A stretch of 64,000 bases of DNA from Prorocentrum cordatum (GCA_963575745.1 CAUYUJ010000001.1:3224001-3288000); one strand, 5' to 3'. Shown: positions 12,400-25,520, counted from the stretch's first letter. Made by a program: numbers and translations. The notes: generated by a model from the sequence alone, not told the origin.

Positions 12400-15300
12400 A
12401 ACACGACGGCACAGCCGTTCGCTTCGCGGAACATGGGATCTCAAGAAAAAAACGCTCGGATAACAGAAGATCGAAGGCCTTCCAACGTGACGCAAGTATA
12501 AGTGCCTCAGCGAGGCGATCAAACCCTCCTAACCTTCCCAGTAAGAATGCATCAGAGACTATGTTCGACCTCACGGAAGGGGGCTCATCGGTTGATTCAG
12601 CGACGAGATCCAGATGACAACGCTCAAGCGGAAGGTATGGCGCAGCCAAATCTTCCGCCGAGGGACCCTCTGAGTTGGTGTCGATACACCCTGGCTTTCA
12701 ACCATCGATCGACATCGATCTCGCAATGGAAAAGTTGCCTGGTCATATCCCCATCGAAACATCAGGCGCTGACAGTCTGCGCGCCGAGCATACACTGCAA
12801 AATACGTTGCATGCACAGAGTGAGGATGTGAGCGACCTGCAGTCTGAAGGGGGCAGTTCCCACTCGATAGAAAAGATAGAGGACTCTGCCCTGCTTAACA
12901 CCTCGCCAGGTCCGTCGGGTCATCTCGAGTCTCTTCTTGATCTGTGTGTCGGTCGAACTCCTGACCGTGTAATGATAGAGGCAAGTCAGAAAACCATCGG
13001 TGACTCGGACGATGACTGTAGAGACGGAGAAAGCCTCAATCAAGGTGAATTCTCAACGGCACAGCCGATATCGAGCTCCCCCGACGCGATGCGCGCGGTG
13101 AGAAATACGCGAGAAGCTACAGGCATGACCCCCCGCCCGCGTACGAAGAAACCGAAGGGTGAGAATGACGACTTGAACACCTCGCCCTTAACGCAGGGTT
13201 TTTACATACCTGACTTCTCGTTGCCCAGAACAAACAGATTTAGGGTGCCAGAACTCGATGAGCTCGTCATGCAGGACGAACGAGACGACCTGGCAAGGAG
13301 CATGGACGTTGACGCTATCAAGAGGGGCGCAAGAGCGAGAGAACAACACGCGCCTACCCGAAGCAGCGAAAGGGGGCGCTCCAGTAAGGCCCGAGGGCCG
13401 GGCGCTCCAGTTCCAGAGGATTTAATGCTTTTGATTCGCCGCGAGTGTCGTCGAATAGAACAGCCGGCAGCTTCTCGATGCGGGAAGGCTGCTGGAACTC
13501 CGGGCCAACGCGCCCCACTCGGGCGGAGAATCGGTGCCCTGGGAAAGCGCGCGAACCGGGGGGGTCATGTCGAAGACCAGTGTGTTCTCAATGTTCGAAT
13601 GTTTGTTCCAAATGTAGATTCGCGTGGTTTTGTCATGAGTGCTTCGCAATGGAAGAGCGCAACTGCAATCGTCTTGCGATTCAAGAGTGGGCGCAAAGAA
13701 ACAGACAGGATCGAGAGCAGCTGAGGGCTGCGAGTGCGCGCGTGCAACAGATTATCTCCGAGGCACAGGTAAATGTGAAGGCCGCCGAAGAGGCTCAACG
13801 ACTGCTTGCGGTTTCCGTGGCTGAGAGACAAGCAACTGCGCAAAGGATGGGGCATGAGAAGACCATCATTGTGGACAACGCGCAGAAACTGATGCGGCGT
13901 GCTGAGGCCAACGCAGCGGGCGTTGCAGACGAAGCGCATCGGCGTCTTGCTCAAGAGGAAATAGAACAACTGAGAATCCAGGGCATAGCGGAAGTACTTG
14001 TGTCTGACTCTCAGCAGAAGGCCGACAGAGAGAAAACTGAATGCAGAGAGATGGCTGATGCTGCAAGGAAGGAAGGAGAAACATAAGCCCGAAAACAGGC
14101 GGCGCGAGGAAATCAGGAGCTCCGCAATCAACTGGAAGCTGCTAGACTCGAGGCCGAAAGAGTGAAATCTGAGGCACTGCGAGCCCTGAGAGAACAATAA
14201 CAGAAGACCCAAGAAAACAGAGAAGAAGACGATAAAATAATGGCCGATGCCTGGGATCGTCTGAAGGGGCGCGCAAGATAACAGATGAGAAACAACGCCC
14301 GTGCAACTCGGGCCGCAAGCGAGGACGACAGAAGGTTGAAGTCTGATCTTGAGCGACGACGGATCGAGAAAGAGGTTGATTTAACACCGGCGCAGTTGGC
14401 GCATGTTGAGCCACCTCCTCGCCGCATTGCTGCTCGCCCCATTGGGGCTTCTGGCGCGTCGCGAGCCCGAGCGCGATTGGGCGCGCCGAATCAGGCCTGT
14501 CACATTTGTACGCAGCCTTCGACCGATGTATGCAAGAGTTGTTGGAAGCACACGTGCAATGACCACCTGGGTATGGGTGCTAAACGCTGCAATGAATGTG
14601 CTTGGAGGAAAACGCTAGGGTATCAGGAAGACTGCGAGAAGGGGGTAGAACCCCAAGGCGTACCTGATGCTCGGGGCCCAGGCAGCGATCTTGATGGGAA
14701 GGCAGCGAGACACTCGGCCCCGCCTGAGGATGTTGAACCCGAACGCCAGATGAGCAATCTTGCCGACATCTTGGGCGTGCCAGTTTTGAAATCAGAAAAG
14801 TCAGGTCTTGGCAAGATGCAGATGCTGACTGCTCCGTCGATGCCGACGCTCCCTCTCTGCGAAATCGCATTTCATTCTTGGGCCGGCTGTCGAGAAGACC
14901 GCGGGGGCAAGCGAAGGTCCGACGCGGGGGGGCGCTCAAGAACGAACCCTGGAAGCGTCCTGTTCAATGCGGAGATATCGGGCCACCCTAACAACCTCGA
15001 CTTGCCCGGGCACCTTGCTCTCACCGTCGGCCCGGCCGTTTCTGGTGAAGGAGGTGGGGGCCCGGGGTGCCGCGACGACGATCAGAGAGGCGATCGGAGC
15101 ACGCCCCCTTGCACAGGGATGATTGTTGCGTTACAGTATGACGAGATGGGTAAGTCCAAGCCGCCAAGGGGCCCGCTAGGGGGGCCCGGTGGCGATGGCG
15201 ATCCGGACGGAGATGGTGGCGGGGGGCTGAATGATCACAGCGGCCCTACGTGGCGGCCATTTCGCGCCAACCAAATGGACATCAACTGGAGAAGTTTCGG

Positions 15301-16005
15301 AAGCAATAAAGAACTAAACTTGCTTGACATACCAGGTGCCCAGACACTCCGAGAATGGAAGCAACGTTGCATGAGAGCGGTAGCTGGATCATGGCATGGC
15401 ATATGCGCGGCGCAGACATGGGTCAGCGAAGCAATGGGCCCTGATGTGCCCAAGGAGAATCTTAGAGACTTAGGGGCATTGGTGCGCCTTGATCTGATGA
15501 TCGCTACCAACCTGCTCGAGAAATTTGCAAAGATGAAACGTAACCAACGCCTGTCAGTGCAACGTGCCCATTTCCTGTCGAAAATCAATCGTACGCAACA
15601 TTCGTGTCAGATAGAAGGGCGTCTCCTGACGGGTCGAGAGATGATGCGAGCCATGTGCGTTTGGTGTTCTGAGGTCGGAGAGCGGGCAACACTGATCAGG
15701 ACTTGTGCTACTTCTATAGCGGATGGATGGAGCGGTGCCAAGAGTTGTACGGTGCCAGGAACCAACGGATGAAATGAAGGCTTCAATGCACGCACATTTC
15801 TATGCACAGATCCGACAGTTCCCTCGGCTTGAATATGCAATGCAGTGGTAGGAGTTGTCAACAGATCCTCCGGGCACGGGTCTGAGAACTTATCAGTGGC
15901 TCTTGCTTCAAGTCGAATTCCTCATGATGCGGGACAGAGAGCAGTGGGCAATTTCTGAACATGAGTCAACCTCCAAGTCTAGAAATAGACTGGCCCGCCC
16001 CTGTG
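12400..16005 (+). mobile_element. Degenerate gag-like ORF of a Ty1/Copia-type LTR retrotransposon
   Basis: Overlapping ORFs 12675-13724, 13445-14086, 14285-15772 and 15855-16079. They hold a coiled coil (13680-14370), Cys clusters, a Gly/Asp-rich linker and a gag-like block IPGAQTLREWK..AQTWVSE..RLDLMIATNL..GRLLTGREMMRAM..RTYQWL. In-frame stops and frameshifts are present. Confidence 0.55.
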
Positions 16006-16046
16006 ATGAATCAACATGGGGCGGCGGATTTAATGGATTTCGGCCA

Positions 16047-16643
16047 ATCCCGCCACCGTTCTTGGATTGTGGGTCGTAGGCCTCTGGGATGTTCGCCTGG
16101 ATGTCGTGGGAGGCCTCTCGGGGACCGTTTGGGGGCCGTTTTGAGGTTTCTTGTGGTCGTGTTGGGGTTCCTTGGTGCGTCTTGTGGGCCTCTTGGGGGT
16201 CTCTTGGGGCCTGTCGGGGACCTCGTGGGGCCTCCTCTGCGTTTCTTGGGGCCCTCCTGGCCTTTTTTGGAGGCTTTTGGGCCCGAGCAAGTCATGCGGG
16301 AAGACGCGACGGGGCCTGAGAAGCACGCGACGCGCCCCATGGGGCACGCGGGGAACCCCAATCGATTTTGGCAATTTGGGGTCCGCGCGACGACGAAGAC
16401 GACGAAGCAACCAGACGCCATACGCGTCATCTGGCGGACAGGAAACACGCCAAACGCGCGACAAGACAGCGACGATGCGCCAAATGCGCGCCGGGAGGAC
16501 GAGGGGAGTTGGAGGAAGAGGGCGAAGATGGGGTTCGGGCCCCTGACATAATTTTTAGTATCGAGGACTCAGCTTTGAGGGGTTAGCTCGGCAAAGGACC
16601 TGGGGGACACCCCACTTCGTGCCACAAGGGCACCACGGCGGAT
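16047..16643. mobile_element. Non-autonomous element bounded by inverted CCGCCACCGT / hairpin-GGCGGAT motifs
   Basis: Starts ATCCCGCCACCGT (16047) and ends GGACCTGGGGGACAC..GTGCC-ACAAG-GGCACCACGGCGGAT; first about 100 bp align by eye with 42534-42640. Confidence 0.55.
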
Positions 16644-16890
16644 TTCATCGAATCTGTCTGCTTGCTCTTGTGACCACATCGGATCTCGAGGGTGGCTTTC
16701 TCCCTCGGAGACTTGCAGCAAACCTCCGTGCTGACAGGCCCGCAGCAGCAGGCGCACGTCGTGCCACTCTGTCGGAGCTTGGCCTTCGCAGCCCCGCCAA
16801 GGGCCGCCGGACATACCTAGAGCCTCGGGACTGCAGGAGGTGGCTGCTCACGCCCTGCAGGACTCCCTCGGCCCCGCCTCCGCCCGCCAG

Positions 16891-16907
16891 GGGATGGCGA
16901 GCTCCAG
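16891..16907 (+). CDS. Candidate micro-exon (GMASS-R)
   Basis: CAG|GGGATGGCGAGCTCCAG|GC; its phase-2 end joins in frame to the candidate at 17131. Confidence 0.25.
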
Positions 16908-17130
16908 GCGCGCGATACGAGGATAAGTAAGGAAGAGCGGCGAGAGGAAGGATGAGGAAGATGACGAGGGCGAGGACGAAGGACACGGACGAGAACGGAA
17001 GGACGACGAGGAGGAGGATGGGGACGAGGAGGTCGACGAGGATGGGGACGAGGATGGGGACGAGGAGGGCGAGGCGCAGGACGAACACGAGGGGAGGAGG
17101 ACGAGGCGGCGCCCCGACCCCGCCGGCCAG

Positions 17131-17203
17131 GGACCTCGAGCCGGAGGCGCCGCGGCCCGACAAGAAGTGGTACCAGCTGACGGAGTCCTTCGACCAGCCC
17201 GAG
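17131..17203 (+). CDS. Candidate 73-bp exon, DLEPEAPRPDKKWYQLTESFDQPE
   Basis: CAG|G acceptor and GAG|GC donor; all 24 full codons end in G or C. Confidence 0.5.
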
Positions 17204-18001
17204 GCCGAGCCCCACGACGCGGCCGCCCCGACTGCCTCGGCACGGATCGCAGACCCAGCTCCTCTTGCCTGCTCCTGCTCCCGCTTCCCACTTCTGTGCC
17301 CCTGTCCCGCCTCCCCCATCTTCCCACTCCTTCTGCCACGGGGTGCACGTTCTGCGGCCGGCCATCCCGAGCCTCTCGTCGGCGAGCCGCAGATTGTTCA
17401 GGTGCCCCCTGTAGACAGCACAGTTGCCTACGTTTCGCTTGTTTTTGTTACCCTGAGTTGGGTCCATGGATTTGCGCTCGTACAATAGCCATCTGGAGCA
17501 TAGCAGGCATAGTAGAGACGCTCGCATCACAGAGCGCCTCTTCCATACAGAGGTCGGCCGCTACGTGGCTTCAATACAGAATCTCGTCAGCCAGCCTGGG
17601 TTCAAACCTGACTGAACAGCGGCTTGGCTGCCACATTGGATCCATTTCGAATGCGGTGAGCCAAGGGCGAGGACAAACGATACATTATGCACGACGGCAA
17701 CAGCAATCCGCGGCAAGATGCCGAGCAAGGCTCAGACTGGATTAGCACTTCTGGGATATATACGTGCACGCGTGACCAGGATCCCAGATCCGTGCCCAAG
17801 AAAGGGTACCCCTCTAGCCCTGGGGGAGGGCGCCCCCTTTCTGCACGAACGAAACGGGCACTGAAAGAATGGGTACAATGCCCAACAGCGGATCCTGTTT
17901 GAACAGGACTCGCTGTCCACGCCGCCGCGGCCCGTGTCCACTCGAGACGGGCGGCCGCCTGCCCAACAGCGGCCGCTGTTGGTTTGGGACAGCATTTTAG
18001 A

Positions 18002-18147
18002 GGGCCACATGCGAACCCTACCCCTACCCTCCACGATTTCTGAGGGGGAGGGTGGGGTTCACTTCGCTCGGGAGCTCCCGAACGAAGTGAACCCCACCCT
18101 CCCCCTCAGAAATCGTGGGGGGTAGGGGGAGGGTTCGCATGTGGCCC
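18002..18147. repeat. 146-bp palindrome, 73-bp arms, no loop
   Basis: Centre GGGAG|CTCCC at 18074/18075; 3 mismatches between arms by manual comparison. Confidence 0.95.
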
Positions 18148-19183
18148 CCTACATTTGTTGTTGGGCATTGTGCCCACTTCTTCCGTACCCCTTTCGGGCG
18201 CTGGAGCGCCGCTGGGGCTGACCCCGGCGGCCAGGTGGGGCGGCCCCGAGGCGGCGCGGGGCGGGGCCTCTGCTCGGGAGTCCTGGGAGGATCGAGGAGG
18301 CAGCGGACGAGGGAGGCAGGAGGAGGGAGAGGGAGGCAGGAGGGAGGAGGGACACAAAAAGGAGGCAGGAGGACACAAAAAGGGACGCGAAAAAGGGAGG
18401 AGGAAACAGAGGGACACAAGAAGGGACAAAGGGCACAAAAGGAAACATCGAGGAGAAGGAGGGACACAAAGAGGAGGCAGGAGGAGGGAGGAGGATGCGG
18501 AGGAGGAGGGAGGAGGGCGAGGAGAAGAAGGGAAGATGACAATGGAGGAGGCGGAGGAGGAGGAGGAGGACCAGCAAGAGGACCAGTGTAAACCCAAGGT
18601 CCATCAACGATATTGCAATAAACCCTCCCTCCAAGTTCCATTTTCATATTCCTACACGGATTCTCTCTTACTGGGGAAAATGCCCCGTTGGACGACAGCC
18701 GTTTGAAAATCTGGAATTGTGCCAAAACGCCATCCCTGGAACTTCAACGCCGCGAATCACCGTTATTGTTGCGTCTTGACAATCTTGAGCCGTGCCAGAA
18801 CTCCATTCCTGGGACTTCAACTCGCGAGTCAACGTGATTCTTGCGTCCTGACATTCCGACATCGTGCCAAAACACAGCTTCTGGGACGGTAGCCAGGAGA
18901 ATGTTTGAAACCCTTGCGAACTCTTTACAGACATGTGCGCGGCGTTCAGGCGAGGGCCACATGTTGAATGGAACCGCCCTCCCTCCGTGAAGCTCTTGCA
19001 ACCTTTGAAACGACTGCGCGCAGCGCTGAGTCGAGAGCCACATTATGCAAACGGACCGGCCTCCAGCCGCGAAGCTCTTGCACATTTCAGGCAGGCTTCG
19101 GGATCATAGACAGGCGAAACGCCCGGCGCGCCCTTTCGACCGGCCTCGGGGTGCGAGAGAGAGTCGGTATTCATACGGAATGG

Positions 19184-19521
19184 TGGAGGAAGGGAAGGTG
19201 GAGGAAGAGCAGGAGGAGGAGGAGGAAGGAGGGAGGAGGAGGAGGAAGAGGAGGAGGAGGAGAAAGGAGGAGGAGGAGGAGGAGGAGGAGGAGGAGGAGG
19301 AGGAGGAGGAGGATGAGGAGGAGGAGGAGGAGGAAGGGGGGGGGGGGAGGAGGAGGGGATGGGGGGGGCGGGGAGGAGGGGAGGAGGAGGAGGAGAGAGG
19401 AGGAGGAGGAGGAGGAGGAGGAGGAGGAGAGGAGGAGGAGGAGGAGGAGGAGGATGGAAGAGGGGAGGAGGAGGAGGGGAGGAGGAGGGGGGGAGGAGGG
19501 GAGGAGGAGGAGGATATGATT

Positions 19522-19559
<38 letters not shown>

Positions 19560-19758
19560 TGATGATGATGATGATGATGATGATTGGCTGATGATGATGA
19601 TGATGCTGATGATGATGATGATGATGATGATGATGTGATGATGATGATGATGATGATGATGATGCTGATGCTGATGCTGATGTGATGCTGATGCTGATGC
19701 GCAATGCTGATGCTGATGCTGATGCTGATGCTGATGCTGATGAGGATGGTGATGATGG

Positions 19759-19804
<46 letters not shown>

Positions 19805-19893
19805 GGTGGTGGTTGTGGTGGCGGTGGTGGTGGTGATGATGATGCTGCTGATGATGTTGATGAGGAGGAGGATGAGGATGAGGATGAGGATGA

Positions 19894-19966
<73 letters not shown>

Positions 19967-20206
19967 TGATGATGATGATGGTGGTGGTGGTGGTGGTGAT
20001 GATGATGATGATGCTGATGCTGATGCTGATGCTGATGCTGATGTGATGCTGATGCTGAGGAGGAGGGAGGAGGAGGAGGAGGAGGGGGGGGGGAGGAGGA
20101 AGGAGAGGAGGAGGAGGAGGAGGAGGAGGAGGAGGAGGAGGATGAGGAGGGGGAGGGGAGGAGGAGGAGGAGGAGGGGGGGGGGGAGGAGGAGGAGGAGG
20201 AAGATT

Positions 20207-20260
<54 letters not shown>

Positions 20261-20319
20261 CTGATGCTGTGCTGATGATGATGCTGATGTGATGCTGATG
20301 AGCGATGAGGATGGGATGA

Positions 20320-20353
<34 letters not shown>

Positions 20354-20513
20354 GGTGGTGGCGGTGGTGGTGATTGATGATGATGCTGCTGCTGATGATG
20401 TTGATGAGGAGGGAGGATGAGGATGAGGAGGATGAGGATGAGGATGACGATGACGATGATGATGATGATGATGATGATGGATGATGATGATGATGGTGGG
20501 TGGTGTGGTGTGG

Positions 20514-20551
<38 letters not shown>

Positions 20552-21260
20552 TGATGATGATGATGCTGCTTGTGATGTGATGCTGATGCTGATGCTGATG
20601 CTGATGCTGATGCTGATTGCTGAGCAGGAGGAGGAGGCAGGAGGAGGAGGAGGAGGAGGAGGAGGGGGAGGGGGGGGGGAGGGGGAGGGGGAGGGGGAGG
20701 AGGAGAGAGGGAGGAGGGAGAGCGAGGAGGCCGACTCTCGGTATTGTTGTGGGGCTTCAGCCGTCGCGAGACTCGCCCTCGAGATGCGGATCCCGCGTGC
20801 AGCGCCGCAGGCGCCGCCAGCTCCAGAGCGCGTGGCGTTGCTGCCTTCGCCATGGGCAACTGTTGCCTTCGCGGGGAGGGGTTGGCGGCAGGGGTCGGTG
20901 GAAGGGCAGGAGCGTGGGCAGCAGGAAGGATAGGAGAGGGGAAGGGCGGGTGAGGCGGATGGAAGGGAAGGGGTGAGCAGGATGGGGGGATGGGGGGGGG
21001 CAGGGAGGAGTTGAAGTGAGGAGGACAGGGGGAGGGGGGGAATGAGAGGAAAGGGCGGGAGGGAGGGAGGGGAACAGGGAGGAGTGGTAAGGGAGGGGGA
21101 GGGAGGAGTGGTATGGGGAGGAGGGAGGCCGAGGGATGAGGGAGGAGGACTTCGAGAGGAGAGGGAATTGAGGATGGAGAAGGGTACAGGTGAGGGGGAT
21201 TGAGCAGAGAGCAGGAGCAGGAAGGGAGGAGGAGGAGGAGGAGGTGGAGGAGGAGGACCA
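19184..21260. repeat. (GAG)n/(GAT)n/(GGT)n field with a small unique island at about 20720-20930
   Basis: Direct reading. Confidence 0.9.
20852..20880 (+). CDS. Candidate first coding exon MGNCCLRGE(G)
   Basis: GCC-ATG-G context, MGNCC N-acylation-type start, GT at 20881, upstream CGCAG|G at 20810. Confidence 0.3.
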
Positions 21261-22199
21261 TGACGACCAACACTCGGATTCAATTCGTAGGGTGTGTTCT
21301 TACTGATAGATTTTGGCTTGCTGTTGCAAGTCCAATGATATCAACAGTGTTGCATCCCGAAGTAATTCAGGACGCTTCGCGTATTCCAGCCAGTCCCCAG
21401 TGGACGACCGACCGCAGCTTTCTTCTTCTGATGTGCAGACCTCAGGCCCGAGGGACTCGCCGGGGCTGAGCCGCCGATTCTTCAGTTAAAATAGGGCCCG
21501 TAAGGCCATGGAGGAACGCGGTTCGCTATTATCGCTGTCTGTAAAATGGGGCCCGTTAGGCCAATGGTTTCGGTGCCTCACTCACACAGCTCGCCGTGGT
21601 CTCTCGCTGTCCCTGGTTTGACCTCCGACCTGTGTTTGTTTAGGGGCTTTGCGAGGACCTCCGACGCCAGTCCTCGCTGGGCCACTCCCTGCCCAGCCCC
21701 CGTCGTTCTGGCCCTCCGGGCAGGGACTACGGGCTGCTGACCATGCTGACTCGTGGGCCTACGCCGGGGCCGTGGTCCACCCGTCTCCCCCCCTTCGTTT
21801 CACCCATGGCGTGTCCGCTGCGTTCCCCGCGGTGGCTGCCAATCGACCTGCAGGCAGAGCTCCTTCCCTGGTGCCTCTCCCTGCCCAGTCCCCACTGCTC
21901 CCCGTCCTTGGGAACTTGAGCAGTGCCACGACGCTGACAATACTGACTCGTGGGCTACCGCTTGGGCCGTGGTCCACCTGTCCAGTAACGACCTTCGGCC
22001 CGCTGTAGGTGTTCTCACCCTTCGGGCGTCATATCCAGCGCTGCCGGGCGGCCCGCCGGGTCGGGGTGTCCCCCTCTCGCTGGGCCTGGCCTCTGGCCTC
22101 TTCGTCGGTTGGTGGTGTCGTCCCCCCACCGCACCGGCCTTCACTTTGCCGTTCAAATCGCGGTTACTCTTTCCCCATACGGGGCCGGCGGCCGTCTTC

Positions 22200-22860
22200 G
22201 GCACCGCTCTGGCCCGTGCGCCCCCACCACGTGTGGCCAGCTCCCTGGGCTCAGGCTTGGGTCTTCCTTGTGGTGCTCGCCCGCCCGTCGCCATTTGGTG
22301 CGCTGGCTTAGAACTCGTGGCCCTGTTCAGGACCCGTGGTCGGTCAACCTGGCGCCACTTCACGCACTGGTTCGTGGTGACCCGCGCCATTTTGGCTGCG
22401 TCGCAGCTCCGCTGCTTCCCGCACTCGTGCGTTCTGCTGCCTCGGGACTATACGGCTACGGCCACCCTGGGATTTGCAGCCTGCCAACGCCTTCGCCTCC
22501 TGGCTTCAATTCTTTGACCGACGGTCCTTCGGGCCACCCTGGTACTCACGCGGTTGTCCGCAGTTGCGTCTTTACTTCTTTAATTTCGGCTTCTGGCCTG
22601 GGTCGTCGTGTGTCCCGACTCCCTGGTGTCCGATTTTGCATATTTGCACGTTGGCAGTTCGACCCCGTTTCAGCTGTCTCCCCGCTCGCCGGTCCGCCGC
22701 TGGGCTGCTGCGTGAGGGCTCGGTTTGCCTCTGTAGGTGTGGCCTCCCTTCGTCGCCTTAGGTTAATTCGTCGATGCGTAGCCCGCTTTGGCTGGACTGT
22801 CGCCGGCGCGCTCGCCCGCGGCCGCTGACTAAAAAGCATTCCAGCCAGTCCATCCAGAAC
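22200..22860 (+). pseudogene. Possible decayed tyrosine recombinase (DIRS-like element)
   Basis: LGFAACQRLRLLASI and SLRRL..FGWTVAGALARGR*LKS loosely match the R box and the HxLR..GRW box; heavily decayed. Confidence 0.25.
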
Positions 22861-23824
22861 CGATGCCCAGGGGACAGGCTGGAGGAGGGGCGCGGGTAAG
22901 CATTTAGTGAAATAGTGGGGCCAAGGTGAACTTAGAGACCTCGGGAAGCCTCTCAGAGCCATCGTGGGGCTGAAGCATTTTGGGCTCTCTTGGGGCCCTT
23001 TTGGGGCTCTCTTTGCCTTCTTAGGGGGCCTAGGGGCCCCTCGTGGGGCTATCTTGTAAGACCATCGAGCAAATAAGAGGACGGCGCTAGTTTCGCCCCC
23101 CCTTATCGAGGCCCTCAGACGCGATTCGTGGGGCCCTGGGGCCCTCGGGGGGCGCGCCTGGGCCGTTCATGGGCGCTTTTGGGGCCGTTTTGGAGCCCTT
23201 GTTGGCACTTTTTGGGTTTTTTAGTGCCATCTTGGGGCCATCTCGAGGTGTCAGAAGCCGCTCGGAAGCGAACACGAGGGACGGCACACCAGATTTTGGC
23301 GGAGTTTGGCTTCTCGGCGGCGTCCTTCGCAGGCCCCGTGGCCACTTGGAGCCATCTTCGGCTACTGGCCACTTGGCCCTGTGACCACTTGGCCCCGTGG
23401 CTTCTTGGCTCTGTGGCCACTTGGCCCCGTGGGCGGTCACAGCGAATCTTGGTTTCCTGCTGGACGCTATCCGGAGCCATCTTTGGCTATCTTGTGGGAT
23501 CATTGAGGCCCTCTTGGGCTATTGTATGGGGCCATCGTGGAGCTATCTTGGGCCATCTTTGGCGCCCTTGTCGCTAGACTAGCCCTCGCGATCGCCCGCT
23601 ACCGGGCCCTGGGGGTGGGGGTATGGGAAGGGATAAGCAACCCACAAGCCGCAGGCCGTTTCGCTCGCTCTCATCCGCCCTCGCAACACATACATATCAC
23701 CCGAGTCTCAGCATACCTTCCGGTCGCAATTGGATGGGCAGCTATTGCGAACCAATGCAGGCGCCAGGTGCGCGACGTTGGCGAGGTTCGCAAACCGTGC
23801 CAAACGCTCCATGCGCCCCGCAAC

Positions 23825-24045
23825 TTTCCCAACATGTGAATTGACAGTTCCTTTTTTTCCAACCTGTGAATTCACACATGCCTTTTCCCCAAACATGTGA
23901 TATCACTCTGGCCCCTTCATAAAGAATCCTGTGCTAATTTCCAGAATGTGAATTCACATTTCATTTATTCCCCCAAATGCGAATTTGTTTTCCAACATGT
24001 GAATTCACGTTTCGCTTTTCCCTGGAATGTGAACTCTCATTTTGC
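23825..24045. repeat. Degenerate tandem TTTCC..ATGTGAATTCAC repeat
   Basis: About 7 copies of about 30 bp. Confidence 0.75.
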
Positions 24046-25520
24046 GTTGGCCTTTAAGATCCGCAGAACTGAGGCGCAGTGTTTCGCATATTGGATTGGT
24101 TGGGCAGATTTCGACGCTCATTTCGTCGCCTTCGATTACTCCACCTTTCTCTTCTTGCGCCCTCGGCGCACGTTGGTTTCGTCGCACCTTCAAGTTTCGC
24201 GCATGGGCGAAGGTGGGGAGCTTCAATTGGCTTCCCCGCTGAGCAGAGCAATCGGGGATGTATCGCCCATGCGTGGCCCATATAGCCACCATTGCCGGGA
24301 CCTGGCGCCCGACCCGCACGTGCACTCGCCAGGAGCTCTGGAGAGGCAAGTACAAGCATTGGGTGCCAAGAACATCTGCGACGCAATGCAGAAAGAGCGG
24401 GATGCTTGTGTTCGAGAGCGTAGGACAGTTATCGACCTGCTGGCAGTCATCAGGGATTCTTTCGAGCAGCCCGAGGACGCATTCGTTGGACCCCGCGCGG
24501 CAGGATGCCGGTGGACACCCCCAGTAAACATGGGGTCGCCCAATGCAGCGCTGCACTGTTCGACCTTATGATTCGCGGCCGCTGAATTCTGAGAAGTGAG
24601 AGCTCAGAAGTCGAGCGCCGTTGGCAGTCTCCCGAGCTGAAGAACAGATCTGAGGCCGCCTGCCGTCAATTTGTCAGCAAGGCCGAAATTGCATGGTCTC
24701 TCTTCCAGGACATTTGGGGGCCAGTTGTTGGATGATGTCGCTGGTGGTCTCTCTCTCTCTCTCTCTCTTTCTTTCTAGCTATCTATCTCTGTTTTTCTGT
24801 TCCCGTTTCTGTACCTTATGTTGCCACTTTTTTTTTTTTTTTTTTTTGTTAAAAAAAAATAAAAATATATGATTATTATTTTGTCCAATACTCCCTGTTA
24901 TCTTCGCATTCGTTTTTTGCTGAGAGTGGGGTTTCGACGTCCCCTCTTGGATCTCAGTGTTGTGTTTCTGTCCACGTCAATTGCCCACTAGTCTCTCCAG
25001 GGGTGTGAAGCTCACGAGAATGTGTGCAATCTCCGTCCTCCTTTTATCGGTAGGTTTAGCGGTTGGAATAGTTTGTGCGGTTGGGCATCGACAGGCGAAG
25101 CATTCTGTGAAATCCGAGCCAATTTGACTCAAGGGTCACACGTTTACTCGTTTTTCTGCTCCCCAAAATGGGTGGTGCCTTGTGGCTGGGGCCCTATGAT
25201 GCTTCATTGGTTGCGATATTGGTTCTGCTTGGCGCCAGATGGGTGGTGCTCTGTTGCCAGTGCCCTATGATGCCTGAATGGGGGCGGGCGTCTTTCTCCT
25301 CTTTCTCTTGGTGCCATGCGGATGGTGTTATCTGGCTGGTGCCCTATGATGCCTTCATGGTTGCCAGTTGCGATTTTCTCGTTGCTGCCCTGAGGCCTGC
25401 TGTGTGGTGCTTTGTGACGGCTGCACTGGGATGTTGCGGCAGTTTCGTTGTTGCCCCGGTGCGCTTGGAGACTACCACAACCTCTGGCCTGGGGGCCACA
25501 GTGGGAGTCATCGAATCTCC

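Noticed and set aside
19171..21283. 587-700 aa minus-strand ORFs
   Set aside because: Microsatellite translation.
23897..24860. Retrocopied gene with poly(T)/poly(A)
   Set aside because: No recognisable domain, spliced-leader relic or TSD; the ORF's first third is tandem repeat.
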